This document shows, piece after piece, positions 1-8,450 of a stretch of DNA of 64,000 nt; position 1 is the first letter of the stretch, and every line of letters begins with the position of its first letter. The stretch spans positions 1,024,001 to 1,088,000 of the forward strand of contig CAXXQS010000001.1 of the NCBI GenBank assembly GCA_963674735.2, written 5' to 3'. This DNA comes from Myxococcota bacterium. Lineage in GTDB: Bacteria > Myxococcota_A > SURF-8. Below the pieces are notes generated by a model that ran no database searches, was not told the origin of the DNA, and saw nothing but the letters and a program-made list of their open reading frames with translations. Made by a program: the position numbers and the translations under genes.

Positions 1-1811
1 CCGCCGACCCGATTGCCTTTGAGCGAGCGACAGTTGTCGGAGTGACAACCTAGTACCAGCACGCTCCGTGCACCGCACTCCAAGGCGAGTGAAAGGGTGG
101 TTTCATCTACGCGTCCGGCGCAGGGAACGTCGATCACCAGTGCTTCGGGGGGCAGGCTGAGACCGGCGCGGGTGGCCGCGTCGATGGCGGCAATTCCGGA
201 AGATTGGCAGGCGAAAGCGACAAGCGGAGGCGTGTCGTTGAGCGGGGCTGCCGCCAACTTGACGGTTTCGGCCAACTGCTCGTGCGTGATGCCATCGTGC
301 TCGATGGCGCGACCCGGGCAGGCTCCGGCACAAATGCCGCATTCCCAACAGGCGCTGGAAAGAATTGTGATCGAGGAAACATCGAGATAGGACTCGATGG
401 CGCCGTGGGGGCACAGGCGCAGGCAAGTCAAGCAACTCGCACATTTACCTTTGTCGACGTGTACGCGTCCCAGCGGACTGACGATTTCGCCATGGGGTAA
501 AGCGGTCAGAAGCTCAGCCGTGACGGCGTCCGCTTGAGTCGTCAGCATTTCGGGACCGAAATCATTGCGGCACATGTGAACGAAATAGACGCCGCGGCGG
601 GCCGATGCCACCGGCAGGTGGCGTACGTTGGCCGGTTGTAGGAAGCCTTCGGAATCCGTTGGCAAACGTAGAAGCTTGGCCACTGCGGGGTTGTGCAAGG
701 CCGGGATTGCCGGGCCGCTGGCGAACAGACGATCGATTTTTACCTGAATTTCCCGCTCGGGCAGGATGGCATCTTTGAGGCTTGCCAGATAGCCATCGCC
801 GTCTTTTTCGAACGATGGCGGGGTGTCGGCGTAACGCAGCAGGGTAACCCCGGCATCACGAGCGGCGTCGTAGTCGCTTTGTCCCTCAAGACCATAGGTC
901 GATACGTTGCGCAAGAGCACATAGGCTTTACCCCCCGCTTCTTGATGGTGGCGGGCGGCCTGAACCGCGGCATAACTGGCGTAGCGACCTTCAGGACCGG
1001 AATGGTCCAGCCAGATGCCCACCGCGTCTTGGCCGGGTTGTGTTTCCGCCAGGAATGTTCCAAGAGGCAAAGCTGCGGGAGCGTCTTTCGGCAGCGGACC
1101 AGTCTTGGCATCGGCGGTGATGACCACCGCCCCGGCAGTTAATCGCAGGCGTTCGCCGTTTTGCATGAAAGATGCATGGAAGTCGCCCACCGATCCCGAT
1201 AGATGACGCAAGACCGCGCCTTCGATAATTTCTATATTCTCTTGAGATTCAACGGTTTTAATGAGTGCCGGATCGGGTGGCAAAAGCTCGGCCTCCGAAA
1301 GAGGCGTTTTCATGAGCGAAACCGGGAACCCGGCGTTCACGATGGTCTCGGCGGTCTTGTAGGCGGCCATGTTGCCGCCAATTACCAGGACGCGCCGGTT
1401 GGCCGTGACATGTCCCAGGGTGATCGGTTGGGCCAGCCGTGCGCGTGTGACCGCCAGGGTCAGGAGCCGTTCGGCTTTGGCGAAGGCGGCTTCGTTGGTG
1501 TTTTGAGTAAAGGGTTCGCGTAGATTGACCTGCACCAGCGGAAGGGCGCGAGAATCGCCGTTGGTTCCCACCATGATGTAATTCTGACTGCTGGAGTAAG
1601 GCGCGCCACACAAAACGACGGCGCCGAGATTGTGTTCCAGCGCGGCGGAGGCGATTTCCTGGCGGCTTTCGTTTTCGATCTGAGAGGTCAAGTCGGCCAC
1701 GTGGCCGATGCCGTTTTGGGGTAGGTTGTCTTTTAATTTTGCGAGGGTCGCGGTATCCGGGCGACCATCGGGGAAAGGTCCGAAAAAGATGCCAATGCGT
1801 TCGACCGTCAT
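1..1811 (-). CDS. QmoB-like HdrA-ferredoxin-MvhD(FlpD) fusion protein, partial (runs off left edge)
   Basis: Read by hand; absent from the ORF track because there is no stop codon before the edge. ATG at 1811 (MTVERIGIFFG...), frame open to the edge. Contains RVLVIGGNMAA, two ferredoxin motifs (CASCLTCLRLCP, CWECGICAGACP) and an MvhD-like C-terminus (AFAC...VPCAGRVD...VLGCHSDNC). Confidence 0.85.
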   Translation of the reverse strand, partial: MTVERIGIFFGPFPDGRPDTATLAKLKDNLPQNGIGHVADLTSQIENESRQEIASAALEHNLGAVVLCGAPYSSSQNYIMVGTNGDSRALPLVQVNLREPFTQNTNEAAFAKAERLLTLAVTRARLAQPITLGHVTANRRVLVIGGNMAAYKTAETIVNAGFPVSLMKTPLSEAELLPPDPALIKTVESQENIEIIEGAVLRHLSGSVGDFHASFMQNGERLRLTAGAVVITADAKTGPLPKDAPAALPLGTFLAETQPGQDAVGIWLDHSGPEGRYASYAAVQAARHHQEAGGKAYVLLRNVSTYGLEGQSDYDAARDAGVTLLRYADTPPSFEKDGDGYLASLKDAILPEREIQVKIDRLFASGPAIPALHNPAVAKLLRLPTDSEGFLQPANVRHLPVASARRGVYFVHMCRNDFGPEMLTTQADAVTAELLTALPHGEIVSPLGRVHVDKGKCASCLTCLRLCPHGAIESYLDVSSITILSSACWECGICAGACPGRAIEHDGITHEQLAETVKLAAAPLNDTPPLVAFACQSSGIAAIDAATRAGLSLPPEALVIDVPCAGRVDETTLSLALECGARSVLVLGCHSDNCRSLKGNRVG

Positions 1812-1845
1812 GCTTTATTGTCTCCGTCTGCTATCGGAAAGCGCT

Positions 1846-2940
1846 TTAAGCGACCTTCGCATTGTTAGTGAAACCGTCCAAACTCATCGCAATCTGTTTG
1901 GCGACGGACTGGGCTTGCAGGCGGCTGCCGACAATGTCGGTTGGACCCGTGGCAGCTCCGGCCAAGAAAATGCCTTCACGATCGGTTGAGGCTCCGTTTG
2001 CCGACCGGGTAAAGAAGCCGTGCTCGTTGAGTTGGACGCCGAAAACGGCTGCCAGGGCTTCGTTGCCTGGTTGCGGGGAAATGCCGACCGCCAGTACCAT
2101 GCGGTGATAGTCGGCCGGGACGCTTTCGCCGGTTTCGGAGTCGGTGCCGTAAACCCGCACCATTCCGGGTTCTTCACCATGCAGGATTTCGGCTGGGACG
2201 CCCTGCATGAAGTTGATGTCTTTCCGGGCATTTGCGTAGAAGTCGCGAAACTCCTTCCCCATCAGCTGCAGGTCGATATAGTAGATAGTCAGATCGGCAT
2301 CGGGCCGCAGGTGTTTCAGACGGCGCGCCAGGCGGATACTGGCCTTGCAGCAGAACTGCGAGCAGTAGTTGTGTCCGATCTTATGGTCGCGAGAACCGAC
2401 ACACTGGACGAATGCGATTTTTGGGTTTTCGCAATCGGTGGGAATCACCGATTCGAGTCGGTTTTCTTTAAGCGCCTCATCGACATCGGGAATTGTCAGA
2501 ACTTCCGGATGCATTTTGTAGCCTAAAAGCGATTTTTCCGTTGCGTCGAAAGGTTCGAAACCGGTTGCCAGCACAATGGATTGGCAGGCCAGGGTCGTTT
2601 CTTCTTTCAAATCTCTTGGCGATGCGGAGGAACTGTCTGTCGGCTTGAGCTGAACGCGGAACGCGCCTTTTTGACCCTCCAATTTTCCGGCTTCGGCCCG
2701 CAAAAACAGGTGGATGCGGGAGTGTCCCGATACTTTGCGGATGGTGTCTTCAACCTGGCAGGCGGAACATTTGGCGCATTCGGTCGTGGCCATGCAGGCC
2801 CATTCCGCGGCATTGCCGCCCGGATGGTCGCGGCGATCGATCAAGGTGACCTCCGCGCCCATGTCAGCCAAAGACAAGGCGGTGGTCAGCCCCGAAATCC
2901 CGGCACCGACGACAAGGACAGTGGACGTTAGCTCCTTCAT
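1846..2940 (-). CDS. HdrA/QmoA-like FAD-dependent oxidoreductase
   Basis: VLVVGAGISG FAD motif, CxxCxxC (ECAKCSAC), HdrA signature QCVGSRD...YCSQFCC, GIFLAGAATGP. GGAG RBS before ATG 2940; the ORF track starts at 2967. Confidence 0.88.
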   Translation of the reverse strand: MKELTSTVLVVGAGISGLTTALSLADMGAEVTLIDRRDHPGGNAAEWACMATTECAKCSACQVEDTIRKVSGHSRIHLFLRAEAGKLEGQKGAFRVQLKPTDSSSASPRDLKEETTLACQSIVLATGFEPFDATEKSLLGYKMHPEVLTIPDVDEALKENRLESVIPTDCENPKIAFVQCVGSRDHKIGHNYCSQFCCKASIRLARRLKHLRPDADLTIYYIDLQLMGKEFRDFYANARKDINFMQGVPAEILHGEEPGMVRVYGTDSETGESVPADYHRMVLAVGISPQPGNEALAAVFGVQLNEHGFFTRSANGASTDREGIFLAGAATGPTDIVGSRLQAQSVAKQIAMSLDGFTNNAKVA

Positions 2941-3212
2941 GTCATTCTCCGTTCGCATTGTGGCCAAGTATCACGAGTCGAAAAAGATAAGTTGTTTCGC
3001 GAAGATGCGAAACGTGCGCACGCGAGCATAGAAAGCAGGCTGATTGGCTGTTGTTTGGCACTGGAGTGGATCGTCAAACCTCCCCCTCTCACCGTTCATC
3101 CCCCGATAATGGACGATCCTCTGCAGAAGCAGGTGCTGTGATCATGTCGCTGGTTTTTCTCGTCAATATAAGCTCGGTTCAGGAACTGAACGTTCCTTAG
3201 AATGCGTCACCC

Positions 3213-3240
3213 AGCATACCCCAACACCTAATTTTTGCAA
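3213..3240 (-). promoter_or_regulatory. Putative sigma70 promoter for the hdrA/qmo-like operon
   Basis: Minus strand TTGCAA-N16-TATGCT, about 270 nt upstream of the start codon. Confidence 0.35.
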
Positions 3241-3379
3241 GGGTTTTATCCCCGACAAAAAAGCCGAAAATAGGAAGTAAAGCTATAGGATAACTACTTG
3301 AGAGGTGAATGCCTTGCGTCCGAAATGCAAACCTGTTAAACAAAGGCGCGGTATGACAAGATAGACGGAGAGAAGATCG

Positions 3380-4987
3380 ATGCAGATTTTGAACATCCGA
3401 CGGTTTGGGCTGGTATTGATTTGCGTTCTGGTCCTGCCGGCTTTGCTAGCCTGCTCGGACTCGAATTCGCAAAATGGCAAAGATTCCGATGGTGATTTGG
3501 ATTCAAGTGAAGCGGCTTGGAACGAGGATGGAGAACTTGATACGAAATCCGAACTTGCCGAAGAGGAAATCGAGTTTGAGGAAGACGGCGATCGGGACGT
3601 AGAAGCCGAACTCGATATGGAGCTGGAAGAGGTCGAGCCTGAATTGGAGTGGGAAGATCCGGGTCTGGATTCATATTACGGATCGTTGGCGTATCAAGCC
3701 GCAGCGACCGGTTTTTTCCGTGTGGAGGAAATTGGTGGGCAATGGTGGCTGATCACTCCCGACGGTCATCCTTTCTTTTCGAACGGCATCAACGTGGTCA
3801 ACTGGTCCGGCACCTGCACGCACGATGGCGTTTGTCATTACCGTGAAACGTGTACCGAGAAATACGGCGATAGCGCGACTTGGAGCGATGCCCAGATTCC
3901 ACGGATGGAGGAATGGGGCTGGAATACGGTCGGAGCCTGGAGCTCGTACAACGAATTCGTAGGGCGCTTTCCGTATACGATTATCGTCTACAATGCCGGG
4001 GTTAACTGGGAGGTCGTCGGCGACACGGCCGGGCCGCTCGATTTCTTTACGGAAGCCTTTGCTCAGCGTGTCAGTGACGCGATCGGCAATGTGGTGCCAA
4101 ACTATGTTGATGATCCTTGGCTCATCGGGTATTACTTCGACAATGAGATGCACTGGGGCAAGGATTTTCCGCGTGAGGGCGTCTCTTACACCGCGCACTT
4201 GTTCGACGAATATTTCAAGAAAGATATAGCAGCATCACCCGGAAAAGAGCGGCTGCTTGCGTTTTTGCAAGAAAGTTACACAGATCTTGCCTCCCTGGCT
4301 GTCGACTTCGAATTCGTGGCAGCCGACTGGGCCGCATTGGGACTTCTAAGCAAGCTCAAGTCTCGCGGAACGGAAGGAGCTGAAGCCACCCGAGCGGCCT
4401 GGACGGGCGTGGTTGCGGAGCGCTACTTCGGTCTGATCGATACCGCCTTTCGCGCCATTGATTCCAATCACATGAACCTGGGGACGCGCTTCGTCAGCCA
4501 GCTTTCGCCCAAGGCGGCGTTGGAAGTATGCGGCCGCTATGCCGATGTGGTGACGATCAATTTCTACGATCTTACGGATGGGCTGGCCGATGTGTTATCG
4601 GATATGGACCCGGATTATTGTAAAGTAGACGATTACCTGCGTTGCCACCACGAAGCCAGCGGCAAGCCTATCATGATCACCGAGTGGGGGTTTCGCGCCC
4701 GTGATGCCGGGCTTCCAAACAGCTATCCGCCGATTTATCCCATCCTCGATACGCAGGTAGACCGCGCCGATGCGTATGAAAACAAAATGCGCGAAATCCT
4801 GGCGCGTCCGTGGCTGGTGGGTCAACACTGGTTTTTATATGCCGATCAACCGCCGGAGGGCCGTTTCGATGGGGAAGACAACAACTTCGGCCTGGTTACC
4901 GAGGCGGATGTTCCCTACGACGTTCTGGTGGAACGCTCGGCGATGATGCACGGCGAAATCTACAAGCGATTGCTGGGCGTGGAATAG
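3380..4987 (+). CDS. Lipoprotein with acidic linker and GH50 (beta-agarase-like) glycoside hydrolase domain
   Basis: Lipobox LLA-C, D/E-rich linker, and GH50-like motifs ATGFFRVE..GQWWLITPDG, DDPWLIGYYFDNEMHW, ITEWGF, HWFLYADQP..GRFDGEDNNFGLV. Confidence 0.75.
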   Translation: MQILNIRRFGLVLICVLVLPALLACSDSNSQNGKDSDGDLDSSEAAWNEDGELDTKSELAEEEIEFEEDGDRDVEAELDMELEEVEPELEWEDPGLDSYYGSLAYQAAATGFFRVEEIGGQWWLITPDGHPFFSNGINVVNWSGTCTHDGVCHYRETCTEKYGDSATWSDAQIPRMEEWGWNTVGAWSSYNEFVGRFPYTIIVYNAGVNWEVVGDTAGPLDFFTEAFAQRVSDAIGNVVPNYVDDPWLIGYYFDNEMHWGKDFPREGVSYTAHLFDEYFKKDIAASPGKERLLAFLQESYTDLASLAVDFEFVAADWAALGLLSKLKSRGTEGAEATRAAWTGVVAERYFGLIDTAFRAIDSNHMNLGTRFVSQLSPKAALEVCGRYADVVTINFYDLTDGLADVLSDMDPDYCKVDDYLRCHHEASGKPIMITEWGFRARDAGLPNSYPPIYPILDTQVDRADAYENKMREILARPWLVGQHWFLYADQPPEGRFDGEDNNFGLVTEADVPYDVLVERSAMMHGEIYKRLLGVE

Positions 4988-5078
4988 GGCGATCGATTCG
5001 TCATTTCGCGTCACTTGAGCTCGGCTACCCGGCGGTGTGAGCCTGGATGTTTGAGAGAGTGGATTCTCGTATTAGGGC

Positions 5079-5107
5079 TTGACACGCCGCGTCATGGTCG
5101 TTATACT
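5079..5107 (+). promoter_or_regulatory. sigma70 promoter
   Basis: TTGACA-N17-TATACT, followed by AAGGAGG RBS at 5131-5137. Confidence 0.75.
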
Positions 5108-5143
5108 CAGCGAAACTGGCCATTCAGCTTAAGGAGGCCTGTC

Positions 5144-5917
5144 ATGCCCGATGCTCGTCAGACTTTGCAAACGATTGGACGCGCCGCTGCAACGGCGGGA
5201 GTTTTTGTTGGTCGAAAAATTGCGCAAGGCTACAACAGTATCGATCCTGACGTGGTGCGTCACCTGGCGCAGGTTCCGTTGCTGAGCTATTCGTTGTTCA
5301 TCTCGCGACGCGATCCCATCGAAGCAGGTGAGCCGGATGGTCATCCGCCGTTGATCTTCGTTCATGGTTTGGGCGGCAACCGGGGCAATTTCTGGCCCAT
5401 GGCGCTCTTTATGCGCTTCTCCGGCCGCAAACGCAGCTACAAGATTCACTTCGATGGTAGCCAGAGCTTCGATGATATGGCAGCCGCACTGGCGCGTTTT
5501 GTTCGTGACGTGCAGGAGGCAACCGGCGAGTCGACCGTCGAGGTGGTGGCGCATTCCATGGGCGGGCTGATCGCGCGTCTGGCGATTGTCGATTACGATC
5601 TGGGCGATGCTGTGCGTACGCTGATTACTTTGGGGACGCCGCACAAAGGGACTTTCCCGGCGCGTTTCGCGAATACCGACCACACGCGGCTTTTACGACC
5701 GGAATCGGAGTTGATTCGCCACTTGGAGGCGCACCCACTTCCGGCGCATATCCGCACGGTGTGTTTCTGGAGCAAAAACGACCTGCTCGTGTTGCCCGCC
5801 GAATCGGGCGTGTTGGATGGGGCGGAAGCGGTCGAATTGACGCCTTTCACCCATTACAGTTATCTACTCGATCCCAAGGGCTGGTCGTCGGTCGCCCATG
5901 CTCTGCAGCAGGTATAG
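5144..5917 (+). CDS. Alpha/beta hydrolase (esterase/lipase family)
   Basis: FVHGLGG oxyanion motif, AHSMGG nucleophile, LGTPHKG, D..V and C-terminal H. ATG 5144 follows a strong RBS; the ORF track start at 5015 is likely too long. Confidence 0.85.
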   Translation: MPDARQTLQTIGRAAATAGVFVGRKIAQGYNSIDPDVVRHLAQVPLLSYSLFISRRDPIEAGEPDGHPPLIFVHGLGGNRGNFWPMALFMRFSGRKRSYKIHFDGSQSFDDMAAALARFVRDVQEATGESTVEVVAHSMGGLIARLAIVDYDLGDAVRTLITLGTPHKGTFPARFANTDHTRLLRPESELIRHLEAHPLPAHIRTVCFWSKNDLLVLPAESGVLDGAEAVELTPFTHYSYLLDPKGWSSVAHALQQV

Positions 5918-6015
5918 AGGATGCCATACCTGTTTCAGTTCCTGCCTTGACTTCCCGCATTCGGATGCTATCGTAAACACGGTGAGTCCCTTTTTTTCCA
6001 AAGGTTCATGCGGGT

Positions 6016-7413
6016 GTGACGATGGCTGATGCCAAGCGCGACCGAAAATATGCTGATGCTATTCTTTCCGCGATCTCCGACGGTGTGTTTGCCGTTGATG
6101 AAAATTTCACGATTACTCTCTTCAACCCGGCCGCTGAAACCATCACCGGCATTTCCGCTGGCCAGGCCATAGGCGAAAAATGTTTTGATGTTCTGCGTGC
6201 CGATATCTGTCAGACAAATTGCACCCTCAAGCGTACCTATCGAGATCGACGTCCCATTGTGGACGAACGGGTCGATATCCTCGATGGTGAAGGGCGAAGT
6301 GTCCCCATCAGTATCTCGACCGGGATGATTCACGACGACAATGGGCGTGTTGTGGGAGGTGTCGAAAGTTTTCGGGATCTTTCCGATGTGGAAGCGTTGC
6401 GCCGCGAAATCGATGGCCGTTATCGCCTTGATGACATCGTGGCCAGAAGTCCCGCCATGCGCAAGTTGTTTGCCATTTTACCCGATGTGGCCGTTTCCCA
6501 AAGTACGGTTTTGATTGAAGGAGCCAGTGGCACCGGCAAGGAACTGTTTGCACGCGCCATCCACAATTTGAGTCCTCGCCATGAGGGTCCCTACGTGGCG
6601 GTCAACTGCGCCGCGTTGCCCGAGAGCCTGTTGGAATCGGAATTGTTCGGTTATGTCAAAGGCGCTTTCACAGACGCACGCGCCGACAAACCGGGGCGGT
6701 TTCAGCTTGCAGAAGGCGGTACGATTCTGCTCGATGAAATTGGCGACATGCCTCCGGCCTTGCAGGCGAAATTGTTGCGTGTGTTGCAGGAGCGATGTGT
6801 TGAGCCGCTGGGGGCAGTAAAATCGCGTCCGGTGGATGTGCGCGTGATTGCCGCGACCAATCGCCGTTTGGACGACTTGGTGGCCGAGAAGCGTTTTCGT
6901 GAAGACCTGTTTTACCGTCTGAATGTGGTGCGTTTCAGTCTGCCTCCGCTCAAAGATAGACGCGAGGATATACCCCTTCTTGCTGAGCATCTGATTACCA
7001 AGCTGAATGCGTCGAAAGGCCGTCACATTGATGATGTCTCAAAGACGGTCATGGTTTACCTAATGCGGCATGACTTTCCCGGCAATGTGCGCGAATTGGA
7101 AAATATTCTCGAATACGCCTTTGTTTTGTGCCGGGGCCACGTGATCGAAGCATCGCATTTACCCGAGTACCTGCTTGAGAAGCCGGTGAACCATTTGGTA
7201 AATCTTCCCGAAGGTGGATCAATCCCGGAAGAAAAACCGTCGCATCAAGCCCCCCTTGAGCAAGCCGAAACCGACGCGATTCGGCTTGCTTTGGAGCGGA
7301 ATGCGGGGAGTCGTCGTGCCACGGCCAAGGAATTGGGCATTCATCCTAGTACGCTGTGGCGAAAGATGAAACGCTATGGGCTGGATGGACCATTTCGCAA
7401 GGATGCAAGCTGA
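6016..7413 (+). CDS. sigma54-dependent activator, PAS-AAA+-HTH (OrpR-like)
   Basis: PAS domain with C-x8-C-x3-C, Walker A GASGTGKE, GAFTDA loop, LLDEIG, FPGNVRELEN, Fis-type HTH. Confidence 0.92.
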   Translation: MTMADAKRDRKYADAILSAISDGVFAVDENFTITLFNPAAETITGISAGQAIGEKCFDVLRADICQTNCTLKRTYRDRRPIVDERVDILDGEGRSVPISISTGMIHDDNGRVVGGVESFRDLSDVEALRREIDGRYRLDDIVARSPAMRKLFAILPDVAVSQSTVLIEGASGTGKELFARAIHNLSPRHEGPYVAVNCAALPESLLESELFGYVKGAFTDARADKPGRFQLAEGGTILLDEIGDMPPALQAKLLRVLQERCVEPLGAVKSRPVDVRVIAATNRRLDDLVAEKRFREDLFYRLNVVRFSLPPLKDRREDIPLLAEHLITKLNASKGRHIDDVSKTVMVYLMRHDFPGNVRELENILEYAFVLCRGHVIEASHLPEYLLEKPVNHLVNLPEGGSIPEEKPSHQAPLEQAETDAIRLALERNAGSRRATAKELGIHPSTLWRKMKRYGLDGPFRKDAS

Positions 7414-7462
7414 AAGAATTGCAAAAATGCAACAGGGCTATTGCGAATATGCAATGATGCAA
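7395..7462. promoter_or_regulatory. Cluster of TTGCA-N4-TGCAA-like upstream activator sites
   Basis: TCGCAAGGATGCAA (7395), TTGCAAAAATGCAA (7419), TTGCGAATATGCAA (7441) and overlapping ATGCAATGATGCAA (7449), about 80-150 bp upstream of a sigma54 promoter. Confidence 0.7.
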
Positions 7463-7539
7463 CATGTGAGATATCGAGTAAAACAACGTGACTGTATGAA
7501 ATAGTCAATGAATACAGCTTAGTTTGTTTGTATCTAAGG

Positions 7540-7556
7540 TTGGCCTGGCGATTGCT
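7540..7556 (+). promoter_or_regulatory. sigma54 (-24/-12) promoter
   Basis: TTGGCCTGGCGATTGCT matches TGGCAC-N5-TTGC with exact GG/GC spacing; AT-rich tract upstream; directly downstream of an enhancer-binding protein gene. Confidence 0.8.
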
Positions 7557-7573
7557 ATACTCTTGAATCGGTT

Positions 7574-8011
7574 ATGAAAGGAGTTGTGAACGTGTTGGCT
7601 ATCGCTTTATTTGAGACCCGTGTTGCTCCGCGCTTCGATTTCGCTCCGGCGTTTCGTTTGGTGGAAGAAAAAGCGGGTCAGACCCAAGCCGTGGATGTGG
7701 CGGCGCAAGATTGGCGAGCGGATGAACGGGCGATGCGTTTGGCGGAGCGGGGCGTCGACGTCCTGATCTGTGGAGCGATCGATCGGCAATCGGCTGAACA
7801 ACTTGTGCGCCAGGGCATCCGTGTGCTGGATTGGGTCAGCGGCGAAGCTGATGACGCGCTAAGCGCCTTTCAAAGTGGTGAACTGCGCTCACACCACCGT
7901 CTGGGTCCGGGAGGCCGCTCGCGCGGATGCTGGCGCATCCAGCGGCGTTGCCGTGGAGGAGGACGACAGGGTGGGGGAGGTGGACGGGGTCGCCGAGGAG
8001 GATGTTCGTAA
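7574..8011 (+). CDS. NifB/NifX-family (FeMo-cofactor-binding-like) protein with Gly/Arg-rich tail
   Basis: RVAPRFDFAP, GVDVLICGAI, GIRV..WVSG motifs. True start may be GTG 7592. Confidence 0.8.
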   Translation: MKGVVNVLAIALFETRVAPRFDFAPAFRLVEEKAGQTQAVDVAAQDWRADERAMRLAERGVDVLICGAIDRQSAEQLVRQGIRVLDWVSGEADDALSAFQSGELRSHHRLGPGGRSRGCWRIQRRCRGGGRQGGGGGRGRRGGCS

Positions 8012-8033
8012 CCGATTTGAAAGGAGGCATGCG

Positions 8034-8378
8034 ATGCCTAGAGGTGATCGACGAGGACCGATGGGGCAAGGACCGAGAAGCGGACGTGGCTTAGGCTATT
8101 GTTCGGGGAATGATCAGCCCGGTTGGGCCGCTGATGGTGCGGGAATGGGTTTTGGACGTGGAGGAGGCCGTGGTGCCGGTCGCGGGCAGGGGGGCGGTTT
8201 TGGCCGGGGCCGCCGGAACTGGGCGAACTATAACGATGCGCCGCCTCCGCCGATGAACGCAATTCCGAATGAAACCGCCGATGTGTCGGCCGAATTGGCG
8301 GAATTACGCGAAGAGTTGCATGAATTGAAGGCGTTGATCAAAACGCAGATGACCGAAGATTCGGAACCGGATAACTGA
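8034..8378 (+). CDS. DUF5320-family protein
   Basis: MPRGDRRGPMGQGPRSGRGLGYC N-terminus, GRG-rich middle, C-terminal coiled coil; AAGGAGG RBS at 8021. Confidence 0.85.
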   Translation: MPRGDRRGPMGQGPRSGRGLGYCSGNDQPGWAADGAGMGFGRGGGRGAGRGQGGGFGRGRRNWANYNDAPPPPMNAIPNETADVSAELAELREELHELKALIKTQMTEDSEPDN

Positions 8379-8391
8379 TAGCAGAAGCATC

Positions 8392-8425
8392 GGCGTCGTC
8401 CGGTCGCGCGAAAACGGACGACGCC
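8392..8425. terminator. GC-rich stem-loop after the DUF5320 gene
   Basis: GGCGTCGTCCG ... CGGACGACGCC, 11-bp perfect stem; no U-tract. Confidence 0.4.
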
Positions 8426-8450
8426 ACCGATGCGGAGAAGGTTTGAAAAG

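Noticed and set aside
1-1811. Selenocysteine read-through or pseudogene as the reason no long ORF was listed
   Set aside because: Manual translation shows an uninterrupted frame with no in-frame TGA; it simply lacks a stop before the window edge.
1-2940. Evidence of dissimilatory sulfate reduction
   Set aside because: No aprAB, sat or qmoC is visible; HdrA-like pairs occur in many other contexts.
3050-3115. SAM-I riboswitch in the hdrA leader
   Set aside because: Only superficial TTATC..GAGGG similarity; the GCAACC core and P1 closure are not present.
7574-8011. Nitrogen fixation
   Set aside because: NifX-family domains are widespread in non-diazotrophic anaerobes; no nifHDK here.
8392-8425. 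REP/MITE family element
   Set aside because: No second copy found in the window; the other intergenic hairpins have unrelated sequences.
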